Shown piece after piece: positions 9,191 to 17,685 of a DNA stretch of 64,000 bases. Each line of letters begins with the position of its first letter. Positions within the stretch are counted from its first letter, which is position 1. The notes below the pieces were generated by a model that was not told the DNA's origin, did no database searches, and saw nothing but the letters and a program-made list of their open reading frames with translations. A program made the translations under genes and the position numbers. Source of the stretch: Dehalococcoidia bacterium (lineage in GTDB: Bacteria; Chloroflexota; Dehalococcoidia; UBA6926); NCBI GenBank assembly GCA_963666115.2, contig CAXXET010000004.1, positions 96,001 through 160,000 of the forward strand, written 5' to 3'.

Positions 9191-10852
9191 CTACCTCCCA
9201 TTCAGCTCCCCCGCCAGCGCGCACCCCGTGTCGTAGTCCCCTGTCGAGGAAAACCACAGCTTGTAGCACCACCGCGTGAACGGCGCAATTCGCCCACCGC
9301 GGACGGCAATCTCATAACTCCCGTCCGCGTTCTCCGACACCCCCACCGTCACCCCGCCCCCAATCTCGCGGGATTCCCCGTCATGGAGCACCGAATAATC
9401 GTCCCTGCCCCACCCGACAGCCTCATTCACGTCAGGATTGCGGATGTCATACAGCGCCGGCCCCAGCCGCGTCTGCGTGCCGGTTCCGGCGGACTGGTCA
9501 TACCGACTGATCAGCGCCCCGCTGTAGCGGAACGGTCTCAGCCCGTCGGGCGCGTCCGGGTCATAGACGATCGGGCTGTCGTCGATATAGATGTCGTCGC
9601 GTTCGTCCAGTACCTCCACCGTCGTGAACGCGTGGGGCCGGCCGGACGAAATGACGAGGAGTTGGTAGCCGTCCTGGAGAGGCGGCTGTAGCGTGTAGAC
9701 GCCCTCGTAGGCCAAATGCAGCGCAACGTCCGACGGATCGATCCACCCCGCGCTGTACCTGTTGATTGCCATCGTCGCCGGCATCTTGTCGCTCCAGCCC
9801 TTAACCGGCGGCAGCGTGAGCGCCGACATCACGTCCAGGTGGTTGCTGTATGGGTTCGGCGGCTCCAGACCATCGTCCACGCCCTTCGGCTTCCAGCCAA
9901 TCTCAGTGAATGAGTGCGGCCAGTTCATCCAGCCGTGCCCAATCTCATGCACCAGTACCTGCATGCTTGCCTGTGAGACGCTGACCAGCCCAAAGTCCGC
10001 GCTGCCGGCGAAGCCCTGCCCGGCCGAATAGGCCGTGACGTCGACCAGCAAAATGCGGTGGATGCCGGCCGGCTCCGAAAGTGTACACAGCGCCCGCGTA
10101 TCCCCCTCGGCGCAATCCCGTATGCCGGCCAGCCGCAGTTGCTGCTTCTTCGCGGTATCGTGGGAACCGTCGCCCTCCACGACGAAATCGCTTCCAGGCG
10201 CAAAGGAGAACCGCAGCTTGCCGCTGGAGATGCGCCGGTAATAGGCCGCAACATACTCATTGAGCGTAGCGACGGCCTCCTCCATGCTCATTGATTCGCG
10301 CGCGCCGTCGTCGTTGAACCACCCGCCCTTCCCCACCGGCACGCGGGCAATGTCAACACTGATAACCAGGTCGCCGAGCGAGTAATAGGTGGGGTCTATC
10401 GGCGCATCGAGGTAGGTCTTCTCCGGGTCTGACGTCGTCCGCGTGCAGCCGTTGTAGGTCATGAACGTCCAGGGAATATGGCTGTCGTTGCCGTGCCAGC
10501 GCACCAGCGACAGCGCATCCGCCCCGCCCAGGTCCGCCATGCCCGCCTCGATCCACGGGGACGTTTCCTTTTCAGGCGTGATGCACGTGTATGGGGCGCG
10601 CGGCCTGAACCAGTGCGGCGTGCCCATTCCAAGATCGATGTCCGCGACAAGGTTTTCTTGGCCGCTGCCGGGCGCCGGCTCCGGCGATTCGACCGGAGGC
10701 GGAATGGGCGACGGCTCAGGCGTGTCCACGTCCTCTGAGTCGCCCACGCACGCCGCTCCCACCACAAGCGCGAACGCCAGCAACGCCAGAATCGCGAACG
10801 CCCTGCCAATCGCCATCCAGCCCTCCCCGCCCATTATCCGCCGCATCATCAT
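9191..10852 (-). CDS. Putative lipoprotein zinc metallopeptidase (M6/M11-like)
   Basis: Signal peptide with lipobox GAAC, HEIGH zinc motif, NPYS..DVMS Met-turn, RYSAGWI. Confidence 0.7.
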   Translation of the reverse strand: MMMRRIMGGEGWMAIGRAFAILALLAFALVVGAACVGDSEDVDTPEPSPIPPPVESPEPAPGSGQENLVADIDLGMGTPHWFRPRAPYTCITPEKETSPWIEAGMADLGGADALSLVRWHGNDSHIPWTFMTYNGCTRTTSDPEKTYLDAPIDPTYYSLGDLVISVDIARVPVGKGGWFNDDGARESMSMEEAVATLNEYVAAYYRRISSGKLRFSFAPGSDFVVEGDGSHDTAKKQQLRLAGIRDCAEGDTRALCTLSEPAGIHRILLVDVTAYSAGQGFAGSADFGLVSVSQASMQVLVHEIGHGWMNWPHSFTEIGWKPKGVDDGLEPPNPYSNHLDVMSALTLPPVKGWSDKMPATMAINRYSAGWIDPSDVALHLAYEGVYTLQPPLQDGYQLLVISSGRPHAFTTVEVLDERDDIYIDDSPIVYDPDAPDGLRPFRYSGALISRYDQSAGTGTQTRLGPALYDIRNPDVNEAVGWGRDDYSVLHDGESREIGGGVTVGVSENADGSYEIAVRGGRIAPFTRWCYKLWFSSTGDYDTGCALAGELNGR

Positions 10853-13800
10853 GCCGGGGAAATCAGCGCCTCGTCGGCAAACTCGCCGTTCTCATCGCTC
10901 TCCCCAACCGAGACGTCCCCCGCATCAATCCTGCCCCGCGTCTCGCGCAGCGCATCCTCGATCTCCGCGCCCGTCGCCCACCAGAGTTTTCCCGTCCGCA
11001 GGAACAGCAGCCCCGCAGCAGGCCGCCGTCCCGTCGCCGCCTCGATTGCGCCCGCATACACGCCAAGCTGCGTCAGGTACGCGGCGGCACGCTCAGCTTC
11101 CCCGCCCTCCTCCACGCGGTCCGTCTTGAAATCCACCACCCGCCATTCGCCCCCCGCCTCATACGCAAGGTCGATGCTGCCGTGAACGGCGACCCCGTCC
11201 CACGCCCACGAAAACGGCAGCTCGAAGTGTTTCCGCGTGGCCGAGTCGCGCAGCGTCGCCGCCAACTCGGATGTATCGAAATCGTCGAGCATCCCGTCCA
11301 CGTCCGCCGCGATGTTCGCCAAATCCTCGTCGCTTAGCCGCGCCCCCAGCCGGTCGGCCAACGCCGCCGCGTCGGGCCGCGCACCCACCTTAAACCACTC
11401 CTCGATAGCCGCGTGCGCCACCGTGCCGCGAATGAGCGCCAACGGATCGGACGCCCCGCCCCCGAATCGCTGCTCGTGGCGCTCCAGCGCCGTCGCGGGC
11501 GTGCTCGACCGTATCGGAATCGCGCCCCGCCGCCCAATCAACGGCGCGTCGGCCTCCTGCTCCGACTCCGCAGGCGGCACGGTGAACGGCGAACGCGGCG
11601 CGCGGCTGCGTATCGATGCCATGTCCACGCCCACCGGCGCATGGACGTGGGTGTGCCCGGCGTGCGCCGGGTTGCTGAAATCATTGAGCCACGTGGCCCT
11701 GGTCTCGTTCGCCGCAAGGGAGCCACTCACGGTGAGCAGGTCTGCCGCGCGTGTGGCGGCGACGTACAGCAGCCGCTTGTTCTCCGCTTCCTCTTCGCGC
11801 TGTTCAAGCGCCCTCAGATAGTTGTGAAAGGCCGGCTGCCTGCGCCCCGTTTCGTCGTCCCCCACCTCGCGTTCCAGCGTCAGGGAGATGCCTTCTTCCG
11901 CCCGCCACAGCACGGCGGAGGAGCGTGGCCCGCCCTGCGTCGGTCCGGCATCCGCAAGGAAGACGATGGGAAACTCCAGCCCCTTGGCGGAGTGGATGGT
12001 CAGCAGCCGCGCGGCGTCCCCGGCGTCCGGCGCGGCTTGCGGCGCGCGTATGTCGAGGTCGTCCCGCAGCGCCCGGATGTGCTCGACGAACTCATCCACT
12101 GTCTTGTCCGCCGCCGCCCGCGCCATCCCCGCGAACTGCCGGATGTTGGCCAAAACCTGCTCCCCGCCCCGCAGCGGCGCCCACGATGCCTCGTAGTTCG
12201 TCAGGACCAGCGCCCGTTCAACCAACTGCTCAGGCGAAGCCAACCGCGATTCCTCCCGCAGTTGCTCCAGCACGCGGGCGGCATGGACGCAGAGCGGGCG
12301 CGTCTGCGGCAGGACGCCGTCCGACGGGTTCCCCAGCGCATCGAGCAGCGTGCCGTCCGCCTGCGTCAGTGCGACCAGCGATTCGTCGTCGATGGCAAAG
12401 AACAGCGACCGCAGCAAGCCGACGAGCGCAATATCATTCGCAGGCTCCGCAAGCCACTCCAGCAGGTTCGCCAGGTCGATGATCTCGGCGCGGTTGTAGA
12501 AGCCGCCGCCGGACGCCGTGCGGTACGGAACGCCCTGGCTCTCCAGCGCCCGCTCGTACTCATCAACGTGGGACATGCGGCGTATGAGAATGACAATATC
12601 GCCGGGCGCGGCAGGGCGATAGTCGTTCATGTCTTTGTCCCAGACCCTGTACCCGCCGTCCACCAGTTCCCTGATGCGGCCGGCGATCATGTGCGCCTCC
12701 ATGCGCCGTTTCTCGGAGTCGCTGGGACGTCCGTCCTGGCCGGAATCGGCGTACTCCCGCGCGATGGGCATAACCTCAACGAACGGCGCGCCTGGGCGCG
12801 AAGGGCGGGCGGACGACATCGCCTCCATCCGCGCCTCATACTCCTCAAGACCCTGCCCCAGCACGTCCTCCATGACGGCATTAAGCGCGCCCACCAGGTC
12901 GGGATGCGACCGGAACGACGTGTCGAGCGAGATTATCTCCCCCTCGTCCCGCCCAACGTCCGCCGTCAGCCTGTTGAGGTTCCGCACGTCGCTGCGGCGG
13001 AAACGGAAGATGGATTGCTTGACGTCGCCAACGAAGAACTGCTCAGGTGGCCTGCCCCCCGACTCCGCGTCGCCGTCCGTCAACAGTTTCAGGAACTCGA
13101 ACTGTGTGGGGTTGAGGTCCTGCGCCTCATCCACCAGGACGTGGCGGAAGCGCGAGCGATAGCCCGCCGCCGTCCCCGGCGACGCGCGCAGCAGCTCAAT
13201 GGCCTTCAGTTCGAGGTCGAGGAAATCCAGCGCCGAGAGTTCCCGCTTGCGCGCCTCATACCGGTCGCGCGCCCCGCGAAACAGCCCCCGCAGGGATTCC
13301 AGCACAGGCAGCGCATCCGTGTCCGCGTCGTTCCAAATGAACGGCGCAACCTCTCCGTACATGTTCTTGATGGCGCTAAGAGCGCCCCTGACTGCCTGCG
13401 TGCTGGCCGACCACGCCTTGGCTGACCCGCCGCGCACCGTCCCCATGAACGAGGCGTTGAGCAGGCGATGCAGCAAGTCCTCCGAATCCCCCTCCAGGGG
13501 ATCGCCGATGGTTTCAGCGACCCAATCCGCCAACGGCGTGAGCGCGTCGGTCTCGTCGGGATTGCGAACCTTATCAAGCCACGACAGCCGCTCAACAAGT
13601 TCCCGCCGCAACACCGCGAGCTTCTGGTCCACGTAGTTCGCAAGCAGCAGCCGCAGGTGAACGCCCCACTCCGCCGCCGTGTCCCCGTCCAGCGCGGCAT
13701 ACGCCTGCTCCACCTCGTCGCGCCGCTCCACCATGCGCGGCAGGGCGCTCTGCGCGGAAAAGACGCCGAGGCCCAGCAGGGCGTCCACGCCCGGCCCCTC

Positions 13801-14211
13801 ACCTGCCGCCGCAGCCTCCACGGCGTCGCGGCAGGCGCCGAGCAGCTCCATCTGCGCCTCATCCTCGCCCAGCACTGCCGCCGCCGGGTCGATGCCCGCC
13901 TCAACCGGGTTCTCTCTCAGCATCTGGAGACAGAGCGAATGGATGGTGCCGATGACGGCGGTGTCAAGATGCTGCTTGTGCCGCGCCAACTCCGGGCGCG
14001 ACATGACCGCCTCCCGCACGCGCCCGCGCATCTCAGCCGCCGCCGCGTCCGTAAACGTCACAGCAACAAGCTGATCGATGTCGTGGTCCTCCAGCAGCGA
14101 GACGTAGCGTTCCACGAGCACCCGCGTCTTGCCGCTGCCCGCCCCTGCGGTGACAACAACATCACGCCCGCGCGTCTCAACCGCCCGCCGCTGGTTCTCG
14201 GTCAGATTCAC
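10849..14211 (-). CDS. addA: AddA-like UvrD helicase/nuclease
   Basis: AGAGSGKT, VDEAQD, VGDVKQSIFRFR, TIHSAKGLEF, YVAATRA; C-terminal GSIDL..DFKT nuclease; GTG start overlaps the addB stop. Confidence 0.9.
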   Translation of the reverse strand: MNLTENQRRAVETRGRDVVVTAGAGSGKTRVLVERYVSLLEDHDIDQLVAVTFTDAAAAEMRGRVREAVMSRPELARHKQHLDTAVIGTIHSLCLQMLRENPVEAGIDPAAAVLGEDEAQMELLGACRDAVEAAAAGEGPGVDALLGLGVFSAQSALPRMVERRDEVEQAYAALDGDTAAEWGVHLRLLLANYVDQKLAVLRRELVERLSWLDKVRNPDETDALTPLADWVAETIGDPLEGDSEDLLHRLLNASFMGTVRGGSAKAWSASTQAVRGALSAIKNMYGEVAPFIWNDADTDALPVLESLRGLFRGARDRYEARKRELSALDFLDLELKAIELLRASPGTAAGYRSRFRHVLVDEAQDLNPTQFEFLKLLTDGDAESGGRPPEQFFVGDVKQSIFRFRRSDVRNLNRLTADVGRDEGEIISLDTSFRSHPDLVGALNAVMEDVLGQGLEEYEARMEAMSSARPSRPGAPFVEVMPIAREYADSGQDGRPSDSEKRRMEAHMIAGRIRELVDGGYRVWDKDMNDYRPAAPGDIVILIRRMSHVDEYERALESQGVPYRTASGGGFYNRAEIIDLANLLEWLAEPANDIALVGLLRSLFFAIDDESLVALTQADGTLLDALGNPSDGVLPQTRPLCVHAARVLEQLREESRLASPEQLVERALVLTNYEASWAPLRGGEQVLANIRQFAGMARAAADKTVDEFVEHIRALRDDLDIRAPQAAPDAGDAARLLTIHSAKGLEFPIVFLADAGPTQGGPRSSAVLWRAEEGISLTLEREVGDDETGRRQPAFHNYLRALEQREEEAENKRLLYVAATRAADLLTVSGSLAANETRATWLNDFSNPAHAGHTHVHAPVGVDMASIRSRAPRSPFTVPPAESEQEADAPLIGRRGAIPIRSSTPATALERHEQRFGGGASDPLALIRGTVAHAAIEEWFKVGARPDAAALADRLGARLSDEDLANIAADVDGMLDDFDTSELAATLRDSATRKHFELPFSWAWDGVAVHGSIDLAYEAGGEWRVVDFKTDRVEEGGEAERAAAYLTQLGVYAGAIEAATGRRPAAGLLFLRTGKLWWATGAEIEDALRETRGRIDAGDVSVGESDENGEFADEALISPA

Positions 14212-17084
14212 GGCCTGCGTTCCTTGTACCTGCTGAATGCGTTGACGCGGCAAACGTGCTTCATCGCGCAGTACGCGGGGCACGTGGGAACCTGCGGATT
14301 GACGCGAAAATCCCCGCGCTCCACAAGGTCGCGCTTGTCCTGCAAGACGTCCGCTATCCCGTCCAGAACCGCCGCATCGTCGTCGTTGAGGCTGTCCAGC
14401 GCCCAGGGCTTTAGGTCGCGCGGCGACGGCAGCTTGGCGTACGCGACCTGGATGTTCGCGTCTCTGCCGCGCGGATGTTGCCGCATGGCGTAGGCGTACA
14501 GCGGAAGCTGCGCGCTCTTTCCCTCCCGCACGTCCTTCTGCGACGGAATGCGCCCCGTCTTGTAGTCATAGATGAACAGCCCGGGCTCCGCCGATTCGTC
14601 CACGCGGTCGATCTTTCCATGGATTCGCAGCGGCGGATTCGTCGAGATTTCCTCGTCGAACTCAAGCTCCGTGCCGAGAACGCGAAAGTCGCTGTCAGTC
14701 CCGTTCAGCCCGTCCTGCGCCTCCAGCATCCGCGCAATCCGGTCGCGGTAGCGGTCCCATTCCAGCCGCCACAGCGCCGCCCTGCCGAACCCCCGCTCCT
14801 CCGGCGCGCGCATCCACGTCTCCCGCCCCGCCGTATCGACATACGCCATCACGCGCTCCAACGCCGTGGCAGACAGCGGCTCATCCCGCACGAACGGCTG
14901 CTCAAATGCCTTTTCCAGGATGTCATGAATGATCGTGCCGCGTATCGCCGCGTCCCCTTCGTCGGATTCGTCATCCAGCTCTTTGAGGCCGAGGACGTAC
15001 CTGCCAAAGAACTGGAATGAGCACGTGATATAGGAGTCCAACGACGACGCGCTCCACCGCGCGCCCGCCTCCGTCATCCGGGGCGCAAGCCCGCCCGCAA
15101 CCTGCCCCTCGTATTTGCCCGCAAAGCTGAACGACCGCCGCATGTGCTCAATGTGGGCGGCGATGCGAACCACGTCCCACGAATTGCTTTCCCCTGACCG
15201 ATCCTTGGGCGGACGCAAGGCGAGACCATCCCGCCACCCAAGCGCGGAGGCGATGGCAAGTTCACGCCGCGAGGCGGTTTCCTGCGGGTTGGAGTCACCG
15301 GCCGGCGGCACGGGTTCAGCCTCAGCCGCGTCGAACGCCCACGCCGCCGTGACGGGCTTGCCGCCCTCATTGATCCGGTACCGCCACAGGGCCGTTGACT
15401 CGTCTGCCCGTGACGTCACGGACTGCCAGAGTTCGTCCTCCGTTGAGCGCGGCGCGGGCGGGAGCGACAGGCCGGCCCGTCGCAGGGATTCCCGCATCGC
15501 CTCATTCAGCAGTTCCCCGGAGCGGCGGCCCGCCGGAAACTCTCCCTCCGACAAGCCCCCCACCACGACGTGCCGGAAGCGCAGGCCGTGCATCGTGTGC
15601 ATCGGCGCAAGCAGCACGCCGCCCGGCGTCCGCCGCATCAGGACGGGCATGGCTAGACGCCGGTTCAGTCGTTCCTGGAATCTCTCATACGGCTCGGGCT
15701 CATCCGTGTCGGCATCGCCGGGCGCATCGGCCATCTCGGCCAGGTAGGCGCGCAGCCGCTCGATGGACTGCGCCGTTTCCTCATCGAAATCGTGGGAATC
15801 ACGGAGCCAGCCGTTCTCGCCGAACAGCGCGTCGGCCAGACGCCGTTCCCGCCCAACGGCATCCGATTCAAGCCCGTCGAGCAGTTCGCCCATCCCCTCC
15901 GCCAACCGTTCGGCCTGCTCGCGGCCGGACCACACGCCGTTTTCCCGGGCTGCCGCCATGAAGCTCTCCACGTCATCGGCGGAAAGGCCCCACCGGCCCA
16001 GGTTGACGATGCCGCTCCGCAGTACTGCCGCGATGTCCTTGACACGCCACCCGTTCTCCGCAATGCCGAGCAGACGCCGCAGCCACGCGCCGACGGGCGT
16101 ATCGCTCAACCGCGCCCCGCCCGCCGGATCGAGCGGAATCTCATACTCCGCAAAGATGCGGCGCATCATTCCCAAATACGGCGTCACTTGCCGGAACGTC
16201 ACCGCGCAGTCGGACGGCCTCAGCGTCGGATCGTCCGCCATCAGCCGCTTGATCTGCCGCGCAATCTCCCGCGCGTGCTGCTCGCGGCTCCCCGCCTCCC
16301 CCCTCGTCATGCGCGGCGCTGCTGCGTTGTCCGCAGGCGGCAATCCCGTAACGGTCGCGCCGGGCAGCGCTGCTTTCAGCCGCTCAAGGTCGTGCCCAGA
16401 GCGTTCCGATGCCGAGTCGTCTATCGTGACAATCATATCCGCCCGCGCGGCCAACGCCGACAGCAGCCCCAACTCGCCCGCCGTGAACCGCTGAAAACCG
16501 TCCGCCATCACGACGCCCGGCACGTCCGCGCCCGACTGGACGGCCCGCGCGGCTGCGCCATTAATCTGCATCGGGTGAATCAGCCGCGACTGCTCCAACT
16601 CATCGAGGTAGGCGGCGTAGATCTCCGCAAGGGCGCGGGCGGGTTGAGAGTCGGACTGCCCTGCTGCGCGGCTCAGCGCGCCCGCGTCCGTCTCCTCCTC
16701 CATCAGGCTGCCGGCAGCCGCCGAGATCATCGTCACGAAGCCCGCCGATCTGACTATCGGCGCGAAATACGACGCTGCCCCGCCCCCGTTCACCATTCGC
16801 CGCGCCACCCGGGCCAGTTCGTCGATAGCGCGTGCGCTGCTGAGAACCGGCGCGCCGGACGTCAAGCTGTGGCTGAGCATCGGCAGCGTCTCGACGCGCA
16901 GATTCATCGCAACCGGATATTCCTGCACCAGCCGGCGACGCAGTTGGTCCGCGTGGCGAATCGTCGGCACGAGGACGAGCGCGTCCGCGAACGGCTCGTC
17001 GCGATACCGCGCGGCCAGCCGCTCAACGATGCGCCGCGTCTTGCCGCTGCCAACCCCGCCCGTGATGATCTCCGCGTTAGGCAT
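14208..17084 (-). CDS. addB: AddB-like PD-(D/E)xK nuclease with Fe-S staple
   Basis: SASSLDSYITC, GKIDRVD..DYKTG, QLPLY, CPAYCAMKHVC. Confidence 0.88.
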   Translation of the reverse strand: MPNAEIITGGVGSGKTRRIVERLAARYRDEPFADALVLVPTIRHADQLRRRLVQEYPVAMNLRVETLPMLSHSLTSGAPVLSSARAIDELARVARRMVNGGGAASYFAPIVRSAGFVTMISAAAGSLMEEETDAGALSRAAGQSDSQPARALAEIYAAYLDELEQSRLIHPMQINGAAARAVQSGADVPGVVMADGFQRFTAGELGLLSALAARADMIVTIDDSASERSGHDLERLKAALPGATVTGLPPADNAAAPRMTRGEAGSREQHAREIARQIKRLMADDPTLRPSDCAVTFRQVTPYLGMMRRIFAEYEIPLDPAGGARLSDTPVGAWLRRLLGIAENGWRVKDIAAVLRSGIVNLGRWGLSADDVESFMAAARENGVWSGREQAERLAEGMGELLDGLESDAVGRERRLADALFGENGWLRDSHDFDEETAQSIERLRAYLAEMADAPGDADTDEPEPYERFQERLNRRLAMPVLMRRTPGGVLLAPMHTMHGLRFRHVVVGGLSEGEFPAGRRSGELLNEAMRESLRRAGLSLPPAPRSTEDELWQSVTSRADESTALWRYRINEGGKPVTAAWAFDAAEAEPVPPAGDSNPQETASRRELAIASALGWRDGLALRPPKDRSGESNSWDVVRIAAHIEHMRRSFSFAGKYEGQVAGGLAPRMTEAGARWSASSLDSYITCSFQFFGRYVLGLKELDDESDEGDAAIRGTIIHDILEKAFEQPFVRDEPLSATALERVMAYVDTAGRETWMRAPEERGFGRAALWRLEWDRYRDRIARMLEAQDGLNGTDSDFRVLGTELEFDEEISTNPPLRIHGKIDRVDESAEPGLFIYDYKTGRIPSQKDVREGKSAQLPLYAYAMRQHPRGRDANIQVAYAKLPSPRDLKPWALDSLNDDDAAVLDGIADVLQDKRDLVERGDFRVNPQVPTCPAYCAMKHVCRVNAFSRYKERRP

Positions 17085-17146
17085 ACCGCAATTGTAGGAA
17101 AGAATGGGCGCGCGCGTCCCCCCAAGCCGCCCCGTACACTATCCCT

Positions 17147-17572
17147 ATGACCTTTCTCGAAGTCACAGTCCTGGTAACGCGATGGGCGCACGTCATCGCC
17201 ACCGTCGCGTGGGTAGGCGGCAACATCTTCTACCTTGCCGCCCTCCGCCCCGCCATGCGAAACCACCCTCCCGGCTCGACGGACCTCCCCCGCGTCATCG
17301 GCGAGCGATTCAAGCGCATCGTCGACCTCTCCATGTGGGTGCTCATCATCACCGGCGCGCTCCTCATCTACGACCGCCTAACCCAGCAAATCGCCCTTGA
17401 TTACGCCGTCATCCTGGGAATCAAACTAGCCCTCTCAGCCGCCATGTTCCTAATAGCTTTCTCCATAGGCCGCCGAGCCTCCCGCCGCCTGGTCTCCCCC
17501 ACCAACACCCTCCTAATCCTCGGCCCCATAGTCATCCTCCTGGGCCTCCTCCTCCGCTTCATAGGCGGCTAA
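17147..17572 (+). CDS. CopD-like four-TM membrane protein
   Basis: WAHVIATVAWVGG, hydrophobic helices, GIKLAL. Confidence 0.65.
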   Translation: MTFLEVTVLVTRWAHVIATVAWVGGNIFYLAALRPAMRNHPPGSTDLPRVIGERFKRIVDLSMWVLIITGALLIYDRLTQQIALDYAVILGIKLALSAAMFLIAFSIGRRASRRLVSPTNTLLILGPIVILLGLLLRFIGG

Positions 17573-17579
17573 ACGCCCA

Positions 17580-17605
17580 TGTCATTCTGAGCGCAGCGAA
17601 GAATC
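17580..17605 (+). repeat. Palindromic repeat family B
   Basis: tgtcattctgagcgcagcgaagaatc; related copies at 22420 and 53756. Confidence 0.85.
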
Positions 17606-17685
17606 CAAAAACTAGACAGATTATCCCCATCGCGGGATGATACCCCCACAATCGGCGGGTGTGGCAGAACAGGGGGAGGACTGTC

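Noticed and set aside
8987-9691. 234-aa ORF after HEPN as a third system gene
   Set aside because: Pro-rich, low complexity and mostly antisense to the metallopeptidase
11413-13425. Long antisense and alternate-frame ORFs (also 15792-17150, 35537-37387, 40928-42577, 57441-59027)
   Set aside because: They are shadow ORFs of high-GC genes with no motifs
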